Of a stretch of DNA of 55,134 bases, positions 1 through 7,247 are shown in pieces. The notes beneath the pieces were generated by a model. The model saw only the letters and a list, made by a program, of their open reading frames with translations, searched no databases and had not been told where the DNA came from. The stretch comes from Candidatus Woesearchaeota archaeon CG1_02_57_44. GTDB taxonomy: Archaea > Nanobdellota > Nanobdellia > Woesearchaeales > CG1-02-57-44. Position numbers and translations under genes: made by a program. The stretch's first letter is position 1, and each line of letters opens with the position of its first letter. The stretch lies in contig MNWW01000006.1 of NCBI GenBank assembly GCA_001871415.1, positions 1-55,134 of the forward strand, read 5' to 3'.

Positions 1-21
1 CTACCATTAGACTACCGTCGC
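1..21 (-). tRNA. 5' end of a tRNA gene (tRNA-Gly-like), truncated by window edge
   Basis: Minus strand reads GCGACGG-TA-GTCT-AATGGTAG (acceptor 5' strand, U8-A9, D-arm with GG). A GCG start is typical of tRNA-Gly. TATA-like TTTATAA lies ~27 nt upstream (49-55). The anticodon is outside the window. Confidence 0.7.
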
Positions 22-70
22 GTGTGGGCCTGAAAAACAGCCAGTAGGTTATAAAGGTTTTGATGGATGT

Positions 71-233
71 GGCTCTGTCCTGAATCTCGTTTGACTATGC
101 CAGCAGCGGGCTTCGGCGGCGTTTTCACCAGTGACGGATTGACATCCCCGAAGGGGGCATCCCCCTGTCAATGCGCACAATGCAACACATCAGCCTTCGC
201 AATTGCTGCTGGCGAAACTCTTAGGACAGAGCC
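71..233. mobile_element. 163-bp non-autonomous MITE, copy 1
   Basis: Terminal inverted repeats GGCTCTGTCCT/AGGACAGAGCC. Flanked by 9-bp direct repeat GATGGATGT (62-70, 234-242). 155/163 identical to the inverted copy at 49459-49621. Confidence 0.92.
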
Positions 234-353
234 GATGGATGTATCGCCGATGTCCAGAACATATCCAGAACAAAAACCAAAAAAATCCTCCCTTCGTGCT
301 GGCGAGACACGACATACGGATTACCCCCCCACTAATGTGAGCCTACATCCCAT

Positions 354-1385
354 CTACTGACGTCGGCCGTAACCTTCTGGATTTCGTGACTGCCAGCGCC
401 ACGCGTCGGCGCACATATCGGCCAATGTGCAGGTCGCTTTCCATCCGAGCAGTTCCTGCGCCTTGCTGGCATCCGCGTAACAGACAGCGATATCGCCGGG
501 CCTTGGAGTCCCTTCCACTATCGGAATCGTCTTGCCAGACGCCCGCTCAAATGCCGCGATGACCTCCAGCACAGAATGCCCCTGACCTGTGCCAAGGTTC
601 ATGGCGAAACAACCCTCGAATCCTGCAGTCAGGTAGTCGAGCGCGGCCAGATGCCCTTCGGCCAAGTCCATGATATGCACATAGTCCCTGATGCCCGTGC
701 CATCAGGTGTGTCAAAGCCGTGACCAAGCAATGTCAAGTGCGGCAGCTTTCCGACCGCCACCTGCGCGATGTAGGGCAAAAGATTGTTGGGAATACCTTT
801 GGGGTCCTCGCCAATGAGACCGGAAGGATGCGCGCCGATAGGATTGAAATAGCGCAGCATGGCTATGGACGCATAGGGGTTTGCTGCCGCGTAGTCAGCC
901 AGCACGTGCTCGACCGCAAGCTTTGATCGTCCATAGGGACTTACTGGGCCTAATGCCGATGATTCTGTGAGCGGCAGGTCGTCAGGTGTCGTCGGTGGCG
1001 CGTAGACCGTGGCTGACGAGCTGAACACCAGATGATTAACATTGAATGCCTGCATCGCCTTGAGCATATTGACAGTACCGCTGACATTAGTCTCATAGTA
1101 ATCCAAGGGTTTGATTACTGACTCTCCCACTGCCTTGAGACCGGCGAAGTGCATGACAGCATCGGGCTTATGCGTGAGGATGGCGCAGCCTATATTCTGA
1201 GCCTTGCGCAGATCGCCTTCATAGAGTGATGGTCGCTTGCCTGCAACTTGAGAGATGCGCTCCAACACATTTCGAGAGCTATTACTGAAATTGTCAAAAA
1301 CCGTCACATTATGACCTTGCTCAAGCAGCTCGACGCATACATGGCTGCCGATGTAGCCGGCGCCGCCGGTCACCAGGACATTCAT
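354..1385 (-). CDS. galE: UDP-glucose 4-epimerase
   Basis: TGGAGYIGSH, HFAGLKAVGES, FSSSATVY, YGRSK, LRYFNP and GEDPxGIPNNL motifs. Confidence 0.96.
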   Translation of the reverse strand: MNVLVTGGAGYIGSHVCVELLEQGHNVTVFDNFSNSSRNVLERISQVAGKRPSLYEGDLRKAQNIGCAILTHKPDAVMHFAGLKAVGESVIKPLDYYETNVSGTVNMLKAMQAFNVNHLVFSSSATVYAPPTTPDDLPLTESSALGPVSPYGRSKLAVEHVLADYAAANPYASIAMLRYFNPIGAHPSGLIGEDPKGIPNNLLPYIAQVAVGKLPHLTLLGHGFDTPDGTGIRDYVHIMDLAEGHLAALDYLTAGFEGCFAMNLGTGQGHSVLEVIAAFERASGKTIPIVEGTPRPGDIAVCYADASKAQELLGWKATCTLADMCADAWRWQSRNPEGYGRRQ

Positions 1386-1461
1386 GCTATATGGGTTGTG
1401 CGTACTTTATAAAAGCGTTGGCCTGCAAAACCCTTCACCCATCCCAAATCCACGGTGCAAG

Positions 1462-1498
1462 ACTTGTTTTCTGCGAGCGCAACTTGTTTTCTACGAGC
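1462..1498. repeat. 17-bp direct repeat x2 (ACTTGTTTTCTRCGAGC, period 20) in the galE/kef divergent intergenic region
   Basis: Seen at 1462-1478 and 1482-1498. Confidence 0.7.
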
Positions 1499-1570
1499 TC
1501 GGACTGTGACGACCGCAAGAAACCTGAACGCTCGTCAAGCTTAAGAACAGGAACATCCAGACCCCGTGAT

Positions 1571-3442
1571 ATGGAGACACAACTGCTGGCGATGCTCGCT
1601 CTTGCCGTGACTGCCGTCTATGCCAGCTATCGCCTAAGACTCCACCCCCTGGTCGGATATGTCATCGCAGGACTGCTTGCCACCCCCTTCGTCCCTGCTG
1701 GTGCGGTGACGAAACTCGCTGAGCTCGGCGTCATCCTGCTCATGTTCACCATCGGCCTGGAATTCAGCACCGAACGCATCATCGAGTTGCGCCGCCTGCT
1801 GGTGATCGGTGGCAGCATCCAGGTCGGAGTGACCACAGCGCTCATAGCAGCGGTATTGCTGGCGCTCGGACAGAACCTCAGCACCGCCTTCCTGCTCGGC
1901 GTCATGGTGGCGCTCAGCAGCACCGCCATCGTCGCCAGCATGCTGCAGGAACGCGATGAGCTCATCACCCCCCACGGACGCATGACCATGGGCATCCTGC
2001 TGTTCCAGGACATCATCGCCATCCCCATCCTGCTCGCAGTCCCCCTGCTCGCGGGGCACGCCACTACCGGATGGTTGAGCATCATCGAGGGCGTCGCCGC
2101 CCTTGGATTGGCCTATGTCCTCGCCCGCCGCCTGGCGGACAGCACCTTGCATGAAGCGGCACGCACCAGAAGCGGCCAGTTGTTCCTGATGCTTGTGCTT
2201 CTCACCTGCTTCTCTTTTGCTTTTCTCGCGCAACATTTCGGCATCAGCCCCGCCTTTGGCGCGTTCCTCGCAGGCCTCGCGGTCGCTGGCAGCAGCTACC
2301 ACAGCACAGCGCTCAGCACGGTGCTGCCATTCAAAGACCTGCTCACGGGCCTGTTCTTCATCTCCATAGGCATGCTGCTGCAGCCCGCATACCTTGCCGC
2401 GCACATCGTGGAGGTGCTGGTGCTCACCCTCACCTTGATATTGCTCAAGTTCCTCGGCGGCGCGCTGGCATCGCGCGCGCTCGGCGCGCCATTCCGCACT
2501 ATGCTGCTCACGGGCGGCGCGCTCGCGCAGGTAGGCGAGTTCTCGCTCATCATCGGGCAGAGCGCGCTCGCAGCAGGGATCCTGGGAACAGACACCTACA
2601 CACTTTTTCTATCAGCAGCTGTGCTCAGCATGCTTTCCGCATCAGTAATACTACCATCGCTTTCCAGCTGGTTTCCCACCACAAAAAAACCAGGCGAGCA
2701 CTCGCCACTGTCCGGACACCTGCTCATCATCGGCTATGGTATGACCGGCACCATCCTCCACGAGGCAGCGAAGAAATCCGGTATCGCACATGCCATCATA
2801 GACATGAACCCTGACACCATCCGCAAGGTGAGCGGCACGAGCACTGCGGTGTATGGCGACGCAAGCCAGCCATCAGTGCTGTCGCGCGCAGGCGCGGCAA
2901 CAGCCAAGGTCATCACCATCGGCGTGAGCGACAGCAAAGCAGCTGAGCGCATCGTGGCGAACGCCCGAGCCATGAACGCATCGGCCACCATCATCGTCAG
3001 GGGCAGGACCGTAGAGCACGCAAAGACGCTGCTGAGCAAAGGCGCGGATGAGGCTATCCCCGAGGAATTTGAGACCTCATTGGAGATCTTCAGCAGGGTC
3101 ATGCGCGCATATCTGGTCTCTGAAGACGACATTGACACATTCACAGCGAGCATCAGAGGCAATAACTACCAGATGCTGCGCAGCAAACACCACGGATTCA
3201 CCCTGCAGCAGGACATGATCCGCACTGAATGCGTACGCGAAGGCGCGAGAGCCGCCGGCAAGAGCCTTGACGCGCTAGGGATGCGAAAGCAGCATGGTGT
3301 CAGCGTGCTTGCTGTCCGTCGGGGCAAAGAGATGTTCACGAATCCAGAGTCAGGGTTCACCCTCAGCTCAGGTGATACGGTCATCCTTTTTGGCACACCA
3401 GAACATATGGGCAGAGCGTGCAGGTTGTTCACACATGACTAA
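1571..3442 (+). CDS. CPA2/Kef-type monovalent cation:proton antiporter with TrkA-N and TrkA-C domains
   Basis: ELGVILLMFTIGLEFS, ALSSTAIV, LLFQDI and GEFS motifs; GYGMTG RCK-N and C-terminal RCK-C. Start set at ATG 1571. Confidence 0.93.
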   Translation: METQLLAMLALAVTAVYASYRLRLHPLVGYVIAGLLATPFVPAGAVTKLAELGVILLMFTIGLEFSTERIIELRRLLVIGGSIQVGVTTALIAAVLLALGQNLSTAFLLGVMVALSSTAIVASMLQERDELITPHGRMTMGILLFQDIIAIPILLAVPLLAGHATTGWLSIIEGVAALGLAYVLARRLADSTLHEAARTRSGQLFLMLVLLTCFSFAFLAQHFGISPAFGAFLAGLAVAGSSYHSTALSTVLPFKDLLTGLFFISIGMLLQPAYLAAHIVEVLVLTLTLILLKFLGGALASRALGAPFRTMLLTGGALAQVGEFSLIIGQSALAAGILGTDTYTLFLSAAVLSMLSASVILPSLSSWFPTTKKPGEHSPLSGHLLIIGYGMTGTILHEAAKKSGIAHAIIDMNPDTIRKVSGTSTAVYGDASQPSVLSRAGAATAKVITIGVSDSKAAERIVANARAMNASATIIVRGRTVEHAKTLLSKGADEAIPEEFETSLEIFSRVMRAYLVSEDDIDTFTASIRGNNYQMLRSKHHGFTLQQDMIRTECVREGARAAGKSLDALGMRKQHGVSVLAVRRGKEMFTNPESGFTLSSGDTVILFGTPEHMGRACRLFTHD

Positions 3443-3660
3443 CCCTGAAAATGTACCGGGCATACCAGAAATGCGCCCTCGAGGGATCTCGATATCCTTT
3501 GCTTGAGGCACCAGCATCGCGCGCAATTCTTCTGCTCTGCGGCGATTCTTGAGCATTCCATGCGTCGTGCCATCCTGCAAGGCACACATCTTGTAGGTGT
3601 CATCGCACTTCTGCACGATCAACGATGTGAGAGCGCGCACATAAAAAATCTGCGACAACC

Positions 3661-3668
3661 TTTAAATA
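3661..3668 (+). promoter_or_regulatory. Archaeal TATA box for the tRNA-Ile gene
   Basis: TTTAAATA ~25 nt upstream of the tRNA 5' end. Confidence 0.7.
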
Positions 3669-3692
3669 CCCATGGGCATTTTTCGCGCCTGC

Positions 3693-3824
3693 GGGCCCGT
3701 AGCTCAGCCTGGTAGCGTGGGCCAAAGACCCAGGCCAGGAATAGAGTGACGGTCTTATATGGCCGCCAATGGACAATTGGTCTAAGAGAGCCGTTGGTCG
3801 GGGGTTCAAATCCCTCCGGGCCCA
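3693..3824 (+). tRNA. tRNA-Ile(UAU) with two introns (D-loop ~3714-3741; canonical 37/38 at 3760-3788)
   Basis: Acceptor GGGCCCG/CGGGCCC with discriminator A; D-stem GCTC/GAGT; anticodon stem ACGGT/GCCGT with loop CT-TAT-A|A; T-arm GGGGG-TTCAAAT-CCCTC. The 37/38 intron forms a strict BHB (CTTA/TAAG helix, 3-nt bulges TAT and AGA). Confidence 0.85.
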
Positions 3825-3880
3825 TTCATAATGATTGTGGGACTGAGGCCCAAAAAGCCGATACGTCCCACTCGGGGCTG

Positions 3881-3924
3881 ATAAGGGCGGAAGGCCCTTA
3901 TGTTCCGGAATCTCTCCGGGCCCA
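3881..3924 (+). repeat. Hairpin plus copy of the tRNA-Ile 3' end, 100 bp downstream of the tRNA
   Basis: ATAAGGGC-GGAAG-GCCCTTAT stem-loop, then AATCTCTCCGGGCCCA (3909-3924) versus AATCCCTCCGGGCCCA (3809-3824), 15/16 identical. Confidence 0.7.
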
Positions 3925-3960
3925 CTTCCGCTCTTTAAGGGGAAGTCAGGACAATACAGA

Positions 3961-4044
3961 GCCGCGGTGGCACAATCTGGTACTGCGCAAGCCTGGAAAG
4001 CTTGTTTCCGCAAGGATTTCCCGGTTCAAATCCGGGCCGCGGCG
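3961..4044 (+). tRNA. tRNA-Ser(GGA)
   Basis: GCCGCGG/CCGCGGC acceptor, G discriminator, CAAGC-CT-GGA-AA-GCTTG anticodon arm, long variable arm, CCCGG-TTCAAAT-CCGGG T-arm. Confidence 0.95.
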
Positions 4045-4330
4045 TGCTTCTATTCTACCATATCCCATCACCACCAATCACAACAGCCGCGGGACGGGCC
4101 CAGGAATGCACAAACATTCCTCGTGTCCGGGCCGCGGCGATTTCTATTCCACTTACTCCGACCAAAATCTATTCAAACCCAGCCGCGGGACGGGCCCAGG
4201 AATGCACAGACATTCCTCGTGTCCGGGCCGCGGCGTACACTTCCTCCTCGCAATGCATCAGAAAGGAGGCACACCCCTGCCGGCCCGGGCCCAGGAATGC
4301 ACAAACATTCCTCGTGTCCGGGCCGCGGCG
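4045..4330 (+). repeat. tRNA-Ser-anchored repeat-spacer array, 3 units of 95/96/95 bp
   Basis: Conserved core CGGGCCCAGGAATGCACARACATTCCTCGTGTCCGGGCCGCGGCG ends at 4139, 4235 and 4330. Its last 14 nt equal the tRNA-Ser 3' end. Spacers are largely unique, ~40-50 nt. Confidence 0.92.
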
Positions 4331-4392
4331 ATTTTCTTTTCTGTCTGCGCGCCATCAACATTTAACAATACGCACGGAATTCCCGAATCTAT

Positions 4393-5481
4393 ATGACCGT
4401 CTCCCACCGACCGTTCTTTGCTGGATTATCAAAACCAGTAGAAGGCCAGCCGTACCAGAATCCTGTGGCGCATGCCCTGGTCATCGGAGGCCTGTCGCGT
4501 CTCGCGCACATGGCGTATCGCGTCTCATATCGAAACCTTGAGCATCTGGCACAGGAGAGCGCATTCATCCTCGCACCTACCCACCAGCGCATGCTCGACA
4601 TACCGCTGACAGGACGCGCCCTGCTGCAGGGCACCGGTAGGCGCGCGCTCTACATCATGAAAGAGGAACTGCTGCACACTCGCTTTGGCTCGTTGCTGCA
4701 CGCGGCCGGTGGATTACCTATAGCCCGGGGAGGCAGCACGCTGGTGGATGCGACTGATGGTGATCAGATGACAGTCGCGTATGACAACTCGCAGAGCTTC
4801 GAGCATGCTGGCGCAGCGCTGCGGGCAGGATCACCGCTTGTGGTGTATTTGCAGGGCACACGCTACAAGGACATCATGGGCCCCATCAATCCCGTAGCTG
4901 TCAAGCACTGGCTCAGGCAATCCATTGATGTTGCGCAGCAGCGCGACCAGGATGTGCCCATCATCCCCCTGGGCATATCATACCAGAATTCTTCCAGTCC
5001 CGGCTCGACCATCACAATTGCCGCAGGCCCCGCTCTGAAGCCAGGCGACATGCGAGCCACGACCTACGCGCTGCACCTCGCGCTCGCGACATTGAGCGGC
5101 TGCTATCCTCTGGAGGAGCAGCGTCGGCCCGCAGTGGATATCGCGGAGCGCGGCGAGCATTTCGTCAACCCGCATGTCGAGCAGGAACTAATGGAATGGG
5201 CGAGCATGGAGCCGTATGGGTCTGCGAGCAATCGGGGACCCGCGCCTGAATGCATCGCCCTGCTCACGGACCACTGCGACTACACCGAAAGCCGCGCGCT
5301 CGTGCGACGCGTGGTGGCGCCGTCGACACACGATGCTGCTCTCGAGCAGCTGGTGCTCAGCGCGTCGCTCTCATCCTTCGCCGATGGGCTTGCGCCTGAA
5401 GGCAAGGACAATGACCTGCGCAGGGCGTACTCGCGGACATCAGCGCGACTGGCGGCTGTCATGCATAGGGAAACGAACTGA
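4393..5481 (+). CDS. PlsC-like lysophospholipid/1-acyl-sn-glycerol-3-phosphate acyltransferase family protein with C-terminal extension
   Basis: ILAPTHQRMLD (HxxxxD), YIMKEELL, GGLPIAR, YLQGTR (FPEGTR-like) and VPIIPLGI blocks. Confidence 0.8.
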   Translation: MTVSHRPFFAGLSKPVEGQPYQNPVAHALVIGGLSRLAHMAYRVSYRNLEHLAQESAFILAPTHQRMLDIPLTGRALLQGTGRRALYIMKEELLHTRFGSLLHAAGGLPIARGGSTLVDATDGDQMTVAYDNSQSFEHAGAALRAGSPLVVYLQGTRYKDIMGPINPVAVKHWLRQSIDVAQQRDQDVPIIPLGISYQNSSSPGSTITIAAGPALKPGDMRATTYALHLALATLSGCYPLEEQRRPAVDIAERGEHFVNPHVEQELMEWASMEPYGSASNRGPAPECIALLTDHCDYTESRALVRRVVAPSTHDAALEQLVLSASLSSFADGLAPEGKDNDLRRAYSRTSARLAAVMHRETN

Positions 5482-5521
5482 CGCAGGAATAGAAAGGGCA
5501 ATGGCTCAAGACGGTCAGCGT

Positions 5522-5585
5522 CCCTGCATCACACGCGAGCCCTCCGTCACACGCAAATTCTGTATCACACACAAGCCCTGCATCA
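5522..5585. repeat. Degenerate 18-bp tandem repeat (~3.5 copies, CCCTGCATCACACGCRAG-like)
   Basis: Units start at 5522, 5540, 5558 and 5576, between convergent genes. Confidence 0.65.
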
Positions 5586-7073
5586 AGATCCAGTGTACAA
5601 CGGCAAGCGCAGGGTCTGCACGGTCCCCATCTTCGGATCGCTGTCTATGGTGAGGCTGCCGCCATTGGCGCGGGCACATAAGGTTGCGCTGGCGTATCCC
5701 AGGCCTGTGCCCCCCTGGTTCTTCTTTGTCGTGCAGAAGGGTATCTCGGCCTGCAACTTGGCGAGTATGTCAGGAGGAATCACCTGAGGATTGAGCAGTC
5801 GCAGGCGGGCCATGGTTTCCGTCGTGTCCAAATCTAGGGACAGGACATTCTCTCGTCCATCAATCACGCCTCGGGTCGTGTCCGGATACGCCATGGCCTC
5901 AAACGCGTTGGTGATGATGGGCCGCAGCAGATGCATGTCAGCCATATCCCTGTCCGCATAGACCTGCACCGGCCTGGCGCAGTGCACATCATAGCGCGGC
6001 TCTTTCCCTGACTGCTCAGCCACATACGCGGCGCATTCAGCGGCCAATGATTCCAGCGTATCCACCAAATCAAATGCTGATGGGTTCGCCCCATAGGCCT
6101 CAAGCGGAGTCCTCGCGTACTCAAGCGTGTCACGGACCATGGTCTCACAGGCCTCGGCCTCTTTCAGGACTATGGCCAGACGGTCCAGCGCGTAAGCAAC
6201 ATCCGGAGCCTGTTGCGGGCCATCAGGAGAGGCGGAGAGCTTTCCTATGATACGCCGTATGAATCCTCCGATGCTCACCATGGGATTCCTGAGGTTGTGC
6301 GCCAGCGCGCCAGCGCCCATGCCCATATTCACGAGCCGCTCATTGTCCGCAATCTGCCGCATCGCCGCGATATGGCTCAGGCGCGAAGCGGTCGGATAGC
6401 GGATGCGATCATAAGGCCTGAGCTCATCCATGGTCATGACCACAGGCTCTCCAGACGCGACCTTGTTGCCGTAGATGATGCCGATGACCTCCTCTTCCAT
6501 GCCCTTGATGGCTATGGCGACAAATGGACTGCCCAGCACATCGACCAGCTGCTGGTCAGCCGCATCATACTCGACGGGTTGGCCGAGATAGGACAACCGG
6601 TCGTGGTAGACCCTGCTGAAGATGCCAGCCCCGTTCAGGGGTATCTTCAGGTCAAGGGGCTGTATATGCTCGACAGCGGCATCCTGCAGCACCGGTCCAT
6701 TGGCACTGCTGATGCGCTCAAGCGCCGCGGCCCATTCATCAGGCTCAGTCGAGCCAAGAGAATACCGTCCTACAAACGCCTGATTCTTCGTATCCAGGAT
6801 GAACATGGCAGAGTAGTTGAATCCAAATGTATAGTTAAGATGAGCCAACGCCCTTGCCATGACATCTTTCTCGACCGCAGCGAGATTGTCTTGTGAGATT
6901 GAACGGGTCGTCTCGCGAAGGAAGCCCAGGTCATTTGCCTGCTGGGCCCGCAGCTCCTCAAGGTACGACAGCGCACCATCGCGTTCCTGCGCCAACCGTA
7001 CCACCGCCTGCTCAGTGCTCTCGCCTTCACGAAGGATTCCTTCAAGACTTGATGCCGGAAAATCCATACCCAT
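5583..7073 (-). CDS. Cytoplasmic sensor histidine kinase with GAF-like input domain
   Basis: H-box LAHNLRNP, N-box IITNAFEAM, PFCTTK and GTGLG; N-terminal GAF-like region. Confidence 0.85.
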   Translation of the reverse strand: MGMDFPASSLEGILREGESTEQAVVRLAQERDGALSYLEELRAQQANDLGFLRETTRSISQDNLAAVEKDVMARALAHLNYTFGFNYSAMFILDTKNQAFVGRYSLGSTEPDEWAAALERISSANGPVLQDAAVEHIQPLDLKIPLNGAGIFSRVYHDRLSYLGQPVEYDAADQQLVDVLGSPFVAIAIKGMEEEVIGIIYGNKVASGEPVVMTMDELRPYDRIRYPTASRLSHIAAMRQIADNERLVNMGMGAGALAHNLRNPMVSIGGFIRRIIGKLSASPDGPQQAPDVAYALDRLAIVLKEAEACETMVRDTLEYARTPLEAYGANPSAFDLVDTLESLAAECAAYVAEQSGKEPRYDVHCARPVQVYADRDMADMHLLRPIITNAFEAMAYPDTTRGVIDGRENVLSLDLDTTETMARLRLLNPQVIPPDILAKLQAEIPFCTTKKNQGGTGLGYASATLCARANGGSLTIDSDPKMGTVQTLRLPLYTGS

Positions 7074-7247
7074 AGCATCGGCAAGCAGATATCTATTTAA
7101 GAATCTTATGGTATTTACTACCTAATAATGAGAAACAGCAAGGGCAATGCTCTGTGCCGCTGAGTGCGAAGACAATATGTACGAGAACCGTTCATCACAT
7201 GATGAATATGCTCAAAACTCGCTATTTTGTGACTTCATTGCTACCCC

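Noticed and set aside
67..360. 97-aa ORF and its look-alike in 49443-49982 (LCPESRLTMPAAGFGG...)
   Set aside because: The similarity comes entirely from the MITE DNA; there are no transposase motifs, so these are not real paralogous proteins.
3439..3603. 54-aa Cys-rich minus-strand ORF (CVPC...CARC...CPVH)
   Set aside because: Cys-rich frames arise easily in GC-rich DNA; there is no clear promoter/RBS and a competing open frame exists, so it cannot be supported.
4045..4330. Canonical CRISPR array
   Set aside because: Repeats are 45-56 bp, end in tRNA sequence, lack a typical CRISPR terminus and AT-rich leader, and no cas genes are in the window. Reported as a distinct repeat type instead.
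4084..4330. Split-tRNA 3' halves
   Set aside because: The repeats lack the TTCRAA T-loop and anticodon arm, so they cannot supply a functional half.
3746..4541. ORFs 3746-4396, 3967-4365 and 4002-4541 with repeated peptides
   Set aside because: They overlap tRNA genes and the repeat array; the peptide repeats are by-products.
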